Position numbers and translations under genes: made by a program. Shown piece after piece: positions 1 through 10,067 of a stretch of DNA of 12,707 bases (positions are counted from its first letter, which is position 1; every line of letters begins with the position of its first letter). The notes below the pieces were generated by a model that did no database searches, was not told where the DNA came from, and saw nothing but the letters and a program-made list of their open reading frames with translations. Source of the DNA: Octopus sinensis (lineage: Eukaryota); NCBI RefSeq assembly GCF_006345805.1, contig NW_021826537.1, positions 1 to 12,707 on the forward strand, written 5' to 3'.

Positions 1-105
1 TCCATCCATCCATCCATCCTAATCTTTCCATCCATCTATTTGTCTCTCCGTTCGTTCGTCCGTTCATCCATCTATCTATCTATCCATCCATCCATCCACC
101 TTCTA

Positions 106-203
<98 letters not shown>

Positions 204-226
204 TGTATGTATGTATGTATGTATGT
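1..226. repeat. Compound microsatellite (TCCA)n/(TCTA)n, (CT)n, (AT)n, (GTAT)n
   Basis: Read directly: TCCA/TCTA units 1-100, (CT)n about 111-158, (AT)n 159-176, (GTAT)n 177-226. Confidence 0.95.
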
Positions 227-1320
227 ACAGGAATATGAATGTACACATGAAAAGCCAGCGTGAAGTAGAGAGGAAAAGCCAGTATGAAAGAAAGGCAACA
301 TTAACTGTCTTTAAACGCTGAGAATATAATCAAATCGTTAATACAAATTCAAATATAAATGATTCATAACATTGGCCACCTGTTTCGATCTGATGGTAAG
401 TATATATGTGTGAATATATTGTCGAAAGATATCTCCCCTTGTCAAGAAGATTGCTGATAATCCTGTGCTTAAGAACAAAATTACCATACTGGAATTACTC
501 CATCCAACTTTCCAAGATGCATTCTTCTTATTTCCGCTTTAGGCAATGTCGAGAATCAATGGTCGGTCCATTTCGAACCTATTCAAAAAAATATCAATAT
601 AAAATAATCGCATATAAACGCAGAACATAATGGAGAATATGTATGTTATCACTACGAAATATTTGCTGAATAATATCTGAATCCCGCTTGGTTTTAGTGA
701 GAAATTAATTGGCCTATCATAGGAATTGCCTATTCGTTAAATTAATGTGCACGTAGTTGTTTATCCCACAGATACCTGTTAATAACATGATTTACAGTTG
801 ATTGCCTTCACACAGCATTAAAAAGAATAAGTATTACATTGAAATTTCTTGATATTCCAAACCAACCAAATCTAATTTGTTCATTCTCTTGGTTGTACAG
901 TTATAGCTTCTAACTGTGATGGTTGGAAGCTGACAGGTCTCTTTGGTACGGTGGTAACGCTACCGTTGGGTAAACTACAGCCATCAAGATCAATTCTCGT
1001 TAATTGAATTTTTCCGTTATTTTCCGTTTAAGCTAAAAAGGTTAAATGATACTCTTTACTATTTACAACTCATTTAGATACACGCATATGCATACATACA
1101 TTCATATATACATAATAATAATAATAATAATAATATATATGTATATGTGTACACACATACATACATAGATTGGAAGGTTTGGGGATGATGTACAGGTATT
1201 TTATATTAGAAGAAATGAGGTACTCAGAAATTCGGATGGTTTTATATTTACAGATATTTATTTGTATATTACGTGTTTTTATACCATATAACTTAGATCC
1301 TATATTAGCGCTTTCTCCCA

Positions 1321-1322
<2 letters not shown>

Positions 1323-1376
<54 letters not shown>
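1323..1376. repeat. (AT)n microsatellite
   Basis: Near-perfect AT dinucleotide run. Confidence 0.95.
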
Positions 1377-1379
<3 letters not shown>

Positions 1380-1449
1380 TATATGAGTACAGGATATCAT
1401 TAACTGTGCAAACAACATGAATATGCAAGCAAAGGATATTTCGTAACGC

Positions 1450-1888
1450 TTACTCTTTTACTCTTTTACTTGTCTCAGTCATTTGACTGCGGCCATGCTG
1501 GAGCACCGCCTTTAGTCGAGCAAATCGACCCCAGGACTTATTCTTTGTAAGCCTACTACTTATTCTATCGGTCTCTTTTGCCGAACCGCTAAGTTACGGG
1601 GACGTAAACACACCAGCATCGGTTGTCAAGCGATGCTGGGGGGACAAAGACAGACACACAAACACACACACACACACACACTAACACACACTATATATAT
1701 ATATTACATACACATATATATATATATATACACATATATACGACGGGCTTCTTTCAATTTCTCTCTACCAAATCCCTTCACAAGGCTTTGGTCGGCCCGA
1801 GGCTTTAGTAGAAGACACTTGCCCAAGGTGCCACGCAGTGGGACTGAACCCGGAACCACGTGGATCATAAGCAAGCTACTTGCTACAC
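1450..1888 (-). mobile_element. tRNA-derived SINE, family A (near full length, internal AC/AT microsatellite, (AAAGAGT)n-like tail)
   Basis: Minus-strand tRNA-like head with B-box GGTTCAGTCCC (plus 1840-1850), then CACCTTGGGCAAGTGTCTTCTAC body, internal microsatellite about 1652-1740 and a short-repeat tail at 1450-1470. The head is homologous to the plus-strand copy at 12615-12707. It matches an abundant octopus SINE as I recall it. The extreme 5' end is eroded and no TSD was found. Confidence 0.85.
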
Positions 1889-2389
1889 TTCCATTGGAAG
1901 TTATAAAAGCCTGGATTTTTTTCCGAGTTTAGTGAATGGATAGCGTACCTTATGGAAGCTATGTCACTCAATCTCCCATACACTTCTTGTATTTTAACGT
2001 TCTTGCCATAACGATACAAGACGTTACTTGCCATAATGATACCAGATGTTAAGACCTTAAGCCATAAACCTAAAGCTTTCTCTAGTTTAGTTTCAATGGA
2101 ATAGTTTAGCAATATAATTCTTGTCATTTCTTTGTCACAGTTAAACAAACAAACGGAAAACAACTAGGAAGAGCTTTCTGCTTTACATTACGCTTTTCAA
2201 GTTTCTTTTTATTGACAAAGGGAGATTACTCCCGTGTATATACATTTAATTGTAATTGCATGTATCAGAAAAATGGAGAATCGACTAAAATTATTTTTGA
2301 AATTAATCTTTTCTACACTTCTCTACAAGAATGTGTTTGACTATTCTTGTCATTCTACCAATAGGAATTAGTAAGACAAATTAGTTTAA

Positions 2390-2781
2390 GTCCTTCCCCT
2401 CCTCATCGTGGTGGGGACGCTGGTAACGTTTAGTGTCAGAGCTATGCCGACGGGAATTTCGTTTCCTGGTCGGGCCACCCAAGGCGGATTTGTTTGACAC
2501 CGAGTGGTATTAGGGCCACAACCCGGCAGACGGGGCTCTGGTGAAAATCCGCGGAGTGTCTGTCTCGGCAACCGGCGGCTCCTCGGTCGTTCTGTCCGTG
2601 CGTCTGCGGACAATCTGCGGCAAATAGGATGTCTCTACATGCGGGATTGTTGGGGACCGCTTGTGAAATTCATATCCCCACGAAACTTCTTCCACTGCCA
2701 TGGTTCGAGATGCCTCGAGGGTGGTAGAAGAAGCCGACTCAACCCGCCCAGGGTGAATGTCGCCACAAGTACAAGTAAGTA
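2390..2781 (+). mobile_element. Short GC-rich non-autonomous retroposon, probably RTE-clade-derived (5' UTR-like part joined to 3' end)
   Basis: Sharp GC-rich island. Flanked by the direct repeat AGTTTAA (2383-2389 and 2782-2788). The 3' tail is ACAAGT-ACAAGT-AAGT-AAGT. The 5' motif GAGCTATG...CCTGGTCGGGCCACCCAAGGC resembles RTE 5' UTRs as recalled. The peptide DNLRQIG...RDCWGPLVKFISP weakly resembles RTE ORF C-termini. Confidence 0.65.
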
Positions 2782-2917
2782 AGTTTAACTGAAAGACATA
2801 CACGTCATAAACAACATATTTAGTCAACTTAATTAGATGATATACGATGGATACATCACCAACCACTGAATATTTATGAAGACTACAAAACAGAACCCAA
2901 AATACAACATTACTGGA

Positions 2918-3540
2918 ATTGCAGACAGAACGGTTGTTGTCTTTCTCAATCGCAATCACACAGGGTAATCCACAGAATTACAACCGGAGGAATTAGGAGA
3001 CCAGAATTCGAGGGGGGTGAAGTCGTGGAAATTCTCCGACAACCACTTTTGACTATTTCCCGGAAGTATGGCAAGACGCTGAATCTTATTTCTTTATTGC
3101 CCACAAGGGGCTAAACATAGAGAGGACAAATAAGGACAGACAAACGGATTAAGTCGATTACATCGACCCCAGTGAGTAATTGGTACTTAATTTATCGACC
3201 CCGAAAGGATGAAAGGCAAAGTCGACTTCAGCGGAATTTGAACTCAGAACGTAGCAGACGAAATGCCGCTATGCATTTCGCCCAGCGTGCTAACGTTTCT
3301 GCCAGCTCGCCACTGAATCTTGTAACTACAAATTGCCTTCTAGCAACAATCCTCTCCAGCCAGGGTTTGACCACAGTCTCCAGCGGCTGCACATAACCGT
3401 CTGGATTGAGCCTAAGGCCCTGTTCAAAGATGTAGGGCAGCATGAGATCACCCTCACTTGAGACTCACTCAATGACGATCACAGTTTTGGGAGAACTTTC
3501 ACTTTCATTATATCCATGCCACGTCCTACGAACTTCAGAG
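2918..3540 (-). mobile_element. Decayed Tc1/mariner DD37D (maT-like) transposase fragment, interrupted by a SINE
   Basis: After removing the SINE and one TSD copy and correcting frameshifts, the minus strand reads VSSEGDLMLPYIFEQGLRLNPDGYVQPLETVVKPWLERIVARRQFVV-QDSASCHTSGK(S)QKWLSENFHDFTPLEFWSPNSSGCNSVDYPV*-AIEKDNNRSVCN. This is the QDxAxCH ... WxPNSPDxNPxDY region. There are 37 residues between D2 (plus 3083-3085/3317-3319) and D3 (plus 2968-2970). It contains stops and frameshifts; no TIRs were seen and the boundaries are approximate. Confidence 0.85.
3088..3312 (-). mobile_element. tRNA-derived SINE, family B, full length with 9-bp TSD (Meta-domain-like core)
   Basis: Minus strand starts GGCGAGCTGGCAGAAACG (A-box-like TGGCAGAAACG) with B-box GAGTTCAAATTCC. 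It has the central GCCTTTCATCCTTTCGGGGTCGATAAATTAAGTACC motif and an A-rich end AATAAAGAAAT. TSD CTGAATCTT at 3079-3087 and 3313-3321. The domain name is from recall. Confidence 0.9.
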
Positions 3541-3743
3541 TTTTCACAGAGAACTGAGCAGCGGAGTCATGATATATTTACCAATATTCAGATGGCTTTC
3601 AGTCCGTCATGTCAGCTAGCATTTTCTCAATAACACCTCTAATGTTTAAGCTCTTCCTTTCCGTTGACAGCTCACGAATATAGCAAGCCATTCCTGAAAA
3701 AGAAAGACATAAATGTTCGACAAATTTAACCAGAAAACCCAGT

Positions 3744-3753
3744 ATACACACAC

Positions 3754-3824
<71 letters not shown>

Positions 3825-3848
3825 ACACATACACACACAACACACACT
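3744..3848. repeat. (AC)n microsatellite
   Basis: Long CA run with few interruptions, directly upstream of SINE family C. Confidence 0.95.
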
Positions 3849-3873
3849 TTATATGTATGTATGCATTTGTGAA

Positions 3874-4207
3874 GGCGCATGGCTTAGTGGTTAGGGCGTC
3901 GAGCTTACGATCGTGAGGTTGTGAGGTCGAATCCCGGACCGAGCTGCGTGTTGTGTTCTTGAGCAAGACACTTTATTTCACGTTGCTCCAGTTCACTCAG
4001 CTGTAGAAATGAGTTGTGACGTCACAGGCGCGAAGCTGTATCGGCCCCCTTTGCCTTTCCCTTGGATAACACTGATGGCGTGGAGAGGGGAGGATGGTAT
4101 GCATGGGCGACTGCTGGTCTTCCATAAACAAACTTGCCCGGACTAGTGCCCGGGAGGGTAACTTTCTAGGTGCAATCTCATGGTCAGTCTTGACCGAAGG
4201 GGGTCTC
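3874..4207 (+). mobile_element. tRNA-derived SINE, family C, with CORE-like domain
   Basis: A-box TGGCTTAGTGG (3880-3890) and B-box GGTCGAATCCC (3925-3935). The segment GTGTTCTTGAGCAAGACACTTTATTTCACGTTGCTCCAGTTCACTCAGCTGTAGAAATGAG (about 3953-4012) resembles the CORE domain of MIR-type SINEs. No TSD was found. Confidence 0.85.
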
Positions 4208-4229
4208 AGAATGTATGCATGTATGTATG

Positions 4230-4335
4230 TCATTATTCAGTTTTATTTTCAGATTTCTTGCCAATAAAGAAAGAGCCGGTTTCTAACCTAGATCCAAGGC
4301 TCCTCCATCGGAATTTCAACATCAACAAAAAGGTA
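4230..4335 (-). mobile_element. Penelope-like pLTR relic (degenerate hammerhead-like core followed by AATAAA)
   Basis: Minus strand: CCGATGG-AGG-AGCCT-tggatct-AGGTT-A-GAAAC-CGG, then AATAAA (plus 4242-4247). The stem II pairing holds, but the catalytic core is non-canonical. Confidence 0.4.
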
Positions 4336-4490
4336 TTTTTCTATGTATGTACATGTACAGATTTGTATGTTTTGTTTCATGTAAGTATACTCATGTATGT
4401 ATGCATGTATGTAGGAATGTATGTATGTATAATTCGAGTTCACTTGGATTTTAAGTAACACGTGACAACTTATTCAACACAAATTTGATA

Positions 4491-4554
4491 ATAAATGATT
4501 ATTGAGCATAATTCCTTAAATAAATGATATTGAGCTTAATTCCTTAAATAAATG
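4491..4554. repeat. Tandem duplication of a 28-29 bp unit (about 2.2 copies)
   Basis: ATAAATGATTATTGAGCATAATTCCTTAA (4491-4519), ATAAATGATATTGAGCTTAATTCCTTAA (4520-4547), then ATAAATG. Confidence 0.9.
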
Positions 4555-4654
4555 TTTCATGCATATTCTTAAATTTTCTTTAGAATATTAAGAGACCTCC
4601 CTGCCTCTTTCCCTCTCTATATATATCTTTGGGACAATAGTTAATTAGGAGCAA

Positions 4655-4860
4655 AGAAGTTCTAATTTCATATTCAAATATATTTAATTCCGGAAAGAAT
4701 TCACGAAAAAATCAAAAGACGAAGACAGGTGGTGTAGAATACAAACATATGTATTAGTATAACGCTCGGGAAGTGAAAAACTCTTTAACGTTTCGAGCCT
4801 ACGCTCTTCCTCAGAAAGGAACATAGAAAAAAACAAGGAGCGAAAATAAGAAGAAAATAC
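4655..4860 (-). mobile_element. Probable Penelope-like pLTR/non-autonomous repeat carrying the hammerhead
   Basis: Hammerhead followed on the minus strand by a variant polyA signal AATACA (plus 4750-4755) and ACACCACCTG. A similar downstream motif (ACACCACACCTG) follows the relic at about 10040. Boundaries are approximate. Confidence 0.5.
4783..4818 (-). ncRNA. Minimal type I hammerhead ribozyme (Penelope-like-element type)
   Basis: Minus strand: CTTT (stem I) - CTGAGGA (CUGANGA core) - A - GAGC/GTAG/GCTC (stem II) - GAAA - CGT - T (H17) - AAAG (stem I'). The palindromic ACGT replaces stem III, as in the dimeric minimal PLE hammerheads. The predicted cut is after GUU, between 4787 and 4786. 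Confidence 0.75.
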
Positions 4861-4876
4861 TATGTATATATATATT

Positions 4877-4915
<39 letters not shown>

Positions 4916-4980
4916 ATATATATATATTATATGCTATATGAATATTTTTGTGTATATGTATATCTGTGTATGTGTGTGTG
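4861..4980. repeat. (AT)n/(GT)n low-complexity tract
   Basis: Read directly. Confidence 0.9.
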
Positions 4981-5689
4981 GATTGTGTAGTAGTAGTAAT
5001 AATATCAGGTAACTTTAATAGTATAGACTGTAGATAGGAGTACAATGCGCTTTACAACGTGTACTCCTGTCTTTTTTTGTTATCAAAACAAAAGAGTAGA
5101 AATAATCAAGACTTGCCATTTAAATCTAGGAAACCGAGCGACTTTAACAGCCAACCCTTTCTGTCTGTACGTTTGCCTGTCTTTGTTTGCGTCTATCTAA
5201 CTCGTACATAATGAAACAATTGCGCTAAAATCTAACAAAATGGCCGACGTCGTTGCAACACTTATCGGCACAATATATATGCATCGCACTATTTAATGCT
5301 ATGTCGTCTATTCAGACCTAAAAACACAAACAGAAATGTAAGACGTAAAACTTTTATAAACTGACCATAGATTTCCACTTTTTTTTTCGTTCTTTTCGGT
5401 TCCTTTTTACCTTCACCAATCAGACTCAACATTTTCAATCAATTTTCGTTTCGTTTTTCTTTTTGTATAAGCCGAACTTTCCTTAACTGTTTTCAAAAGT
5501 GAACGATCAGTAATTCTTTTACATTTTCCAATAAGCGCTTAGTTATGAACTGTTCTTTAACGTATCAGCCGCGATCATTCTCTTCTGCTTCCGTGAACAT
5601 TTCACAGTGAATTAGTTTTTCCACCTTTCCCAGCTGCTATTGCAAATACAAAGCGAAATCAATGCTGCTTTTTCACATGGAATGAACTA

Positions 5690-6038
5690 TATAAGTATAT
5701 GCATGCATGTATGTATATATATATAGATATAAATAAATGTATGTATATATATTACATTTATATATACATACATATATATAACTGTTTCTGCGTATAAATG
5801 CACTTATATATTTATCTATATATATATGTGTGCGCGTATATGAGTGTATATATGTGTGGCTGTATATATATATATTATATATATACACACCTACCCCTAT
5901 AAATACTTGCATGCATATACGAATACGTGCACATGTGTGAGTGTATATATATGTTATATATATGATATATATATATATATATATAACATTATATATAGAT
6001 ATATATATATACATATATATATATGGTATATATATATG

Positions 6039-6084
<46 letters not shown>

Positions 6085-6215
6085 TATATATATATATATA
6101 TTATATATATTATATATCTATATATATATATATATATATATATCATATATATATATATATATATGTATGTATATATATATATATATATGTATACATATAT
6201 ATATATGTGTGCACA
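5690..6215. repeat. Long degenerate (AT)n low-complexity tract
   Basis: About 500 bp dominated by AT dinucleotides. It accounts for the Y/I-rich ORFs in the track. Confidence 0.95.
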
Positions 6216-6446
6216 CGTAAGATAACTGTGTTACTTTTTTGTTGTTTTGCAGTCAAATTTTTTCTGGTTTTTCGTTGTCTTATCTTGTTTTTTCTTTTAA
6301 CTTTTTTTTATTCCATTGTTCTCCTCTTTCTGTTTCAATTTCGTTATTACGTCTTCAACACACACCGACAACGACACAACAAACATAATGACATAAGCAA
6401 CAAGAAAACACAGTAACAATACAATAGGAAGAAAAAAACGTTACAT

Positions 6447-6471
6447 CTATATACGTATGTATATATATGTG

Positions 6472-6514
<43 letters not shown>

Positions 6515-6657
6515 GACGTATGTGTGTATATATATACACATCTATCGATATATATATATAACATACTATATATATATATATATTATATATATATATATAT
6601 ATATATCTATATATAATATATAATGACGTATGTGTGTATATATATACACATCTATCG

Positions 6658-6744
<87 letters not shown>

Positions 6745-6816
6745 GTTGTATATATATGTCACTACCACGCACATATATATATGTATGTATGTGTGTATAT
6801 TTGTGTGTGTGTGTGT
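6447..6816. repeat. (AT)n/(GT)n tract containing a 55-bp exact duplication (period 110)
   Basis: 6506-6560 is identical to 6616-6670 (ATATATAATGACGTATGTGTGTATATATATACACATCTATCGATATATATATATA). Confidence 0.9.
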
Positions 6817-7147
6817 AAAAGTAAAAATAAAGTGTTGATTTCCATTGGTATGTTATTCTCCGTTGAGATTAGATTCTGCAACCAATCTAAGTCTGTAATA
6901 TCTTCAATGCTTTTGTGTTCCTGTTTTTTTTTTTTAAATTTTTCTTCTTTCATTTTTTTTTTTGTTACGAACCATTTTCATCTGTGAGAGATAATAATTA
7001 TAACAACGAAAATTCATCGTTGACTTCTGAAACAAATTCCTGTCTTCTGCATCCCGCCCAAATTCTATTTCATCATTTTCCAACTTCATAATACACATCT
7101 ACTCTAGCGAATTATCATTCAACCATAATTTCGAATGAATGAAGTAA

Positions 7148-7666
<519 letters not shown>

Positions 7667-8449
7667 GTCTTTGCAGAGCTTCTAATGCTGGAGATGTACT
7701 ACGGTGTCAGCTGTTCACTGCCAGTGGACTAAGGTAACACCCCTTATTTTTCGAGTACCATCCGGAGTATTCGAGTGGTTCGAAGCAGTGCTGTTTCCTG
7801 CAAGTGCTTCACCCTTACTGTGTGTTTGTGCGTGTGTGTGTGTGTGTATGCACGTATATATAAACTCTTCCTGCCGTGAACATCCACTCCTTATACTAGT
7901 CCTCATAAGGTAAACAGGACCATGCTATTCAACATAACTTCCTTGTTCGAAACGGCTGACTGTTTATAAGAGGGACATTTGGATCGCTACTTTTTTCATG
8001 CCAGACTTTTAATCTTTCCTCGTGCGTCGTAGTTATGTGTTTTATGAAGAGAGTTTTCACAGAGCAGATGGTTCCAATCGTAAGACACCTTCCATTTCCT
8101 TACACCAAATTCATTTGTCACGTAGTTTCTTCCTTTTAACAGCATAATATAATCATTGTAAGACATGGTCGCTATTTCGAACGACTACACAGAACATTTT
8201 CGTTGCTTCCTAGCGTTTCTCGTATATTGATCTAACCTAGATATGATATTGTTAGATTATTCGATATTATACGGTATCAAGCAGTATTACACGGTAAAAA
8301 TCGGTTTAATGTCGAGAATTTAGTTTTAAATTTTAACATTAGATTTGTATATATTTTCCCTATCGCTCTCTTTATCTCGTTCTATTTCTCTACTCGACTC
8401 TCTCTTTCTCTGTAATATATACAAGACAATAAAATCTGTGCAATACTTA

Positions 8450-8930
8450 CACACACATATATGTATATATATATATGTATATATATATAATATATATTAG
8501 TATATATGTATCTTTCTCCCCCCCCTCTCTCTCTATATATATATATATAAATGTATATATGTATATATGTATATAGGTTATAATATATATTATATATATA
8601 TTAAATATATATATATATATATATGCATATTATATATATATGTATATGTATATGTATAACTATTTGCACACAAGAAGAGACACTTGTACACATACACAAC
8701 CATGGTCACAGTCCTATCCGTGTATATATAATTGTCTATCTATCTATCTATCTATATCCATGTATATATTCATATACATACACATACATAATATATATAT
8801 ATATATATATTTGTATACATACTTCTTCTGTATGCGTGTGTTTCTCTCTCGATCTCCATGTGTGTAAATATATATATATATATATATATTAACAGACACA
8901 AACACATAATACATACCCCACCCCATATAT
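8450..8930. repeat. Degenerate AT/AC low-complexity tract
   Basis: Read directly. Confidence 0.9.
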
Positions 8931-9300
8931 ACGTAATAAAATATAGTGCAATATGAACATTCAATTCTATATAAATTGTTTTTCCATACCCGCACATACA
9001 CTCACCAACACACTGTCACACATACACACGTTGCCCGGAGCGCCACCCATTGTTTGTCACGCTAGTCCATCAACATCACTTACATATAACATTAAATCTT
9101 CAACGACACATCAATATCAAAGTGATTCATTTATTAAAGAATCCGTAGAAACGCAATAATTTTCACTAAAATAGTTTTTCAAATGTTCTTCTCCTCCATT
9201 TAATTCTAAGAAGACATATATGTTATTGAATGTTAATAAAAATCCGGAATATATTTCGAATGAACAAATAAACGCAACCCGAAACTACTCTTTTAGCCGT

Positions 9301-9890
<590 letters not shown>

Positions 9891-10030
9891 TGTTTTCTGT
9901 GTGTCGGTGTTTTTATATTAAATAAAGCGAAATGCATGTTAATGCATGCACACAGACAAGAAGAAAAACTTACACAATGTCAGGTGTGGTGTTGTTCAAT
10001 ATATAATAGAACCTGGAAATTCTCTTATTA

Positions 10031-10067
10031 AACTTCGAGTTTCACCTTTCGGCTCATCAGGGTAAAG
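10031..10067 (-). ncRNA. Degenerate hammerhead core (probably inactive PLE relic)
   Basis: Minus strand CTGATGA (plus 10054-10060) - GCC/GAAA/GGT stem II - GAAAC - TCGAAGTT. The core is intact, but stem I pairing (CTTTACC versus TAATAAG) is lost. Confidence 0.45.

Noticed and set aside
231-401. Possible exon between TACAG (229-230) and a perfect GTAAGT donor (396-401)
   Set aside because: All three frames contain stops, and the acceptor lacks a pyrimidine tract.
2474-2516. CCCAAG loop plus AGGG resembles the twister L4/T1 pseudoknot
   Set aside because: The P2 strands flanking UAA and xAGGG do not pair, so the twister fold could not be completed.
2503-2520. GTGG-TATTAGGG-CCAC resembles the pistol ribozyme P1 hairpin
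   Set aside because: There is no downstream CCCUAA pseudoknot partner and none of the remaining pistol core.
2386-2959. ORFs 2386-2613, 2504-2782 and 2510-2959 as genes
   Set aside because: They run across retroposon and transposon boundaries and are favoured by high GC. Only the first about 14 aa of 2510-2959 is transposase-derived.
3874-3945. tRNA gene calls for the SINE heads (also 1820-1888, 3230-3312, 12615-12707)
   Set aside because: No complete cloverleaf or acceptor stem; the sequences continue into SINE bodies.
4491-4554. CRISPR-like 28-29 bp repeats
   Set aside because: The units are head-to-tail with no spacers, there are only about two copies, the context is eukaryotic and there are no cas genes.
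5673-6987. Many Y/I-rich ORFs in the track (also 40-321, 7135-7737, 8623-9853, 11584-12321)
   Set aside because: They are translations of AT/AC/CTAT/trinucleotide microsatellites, which lack stop codons in some frames.
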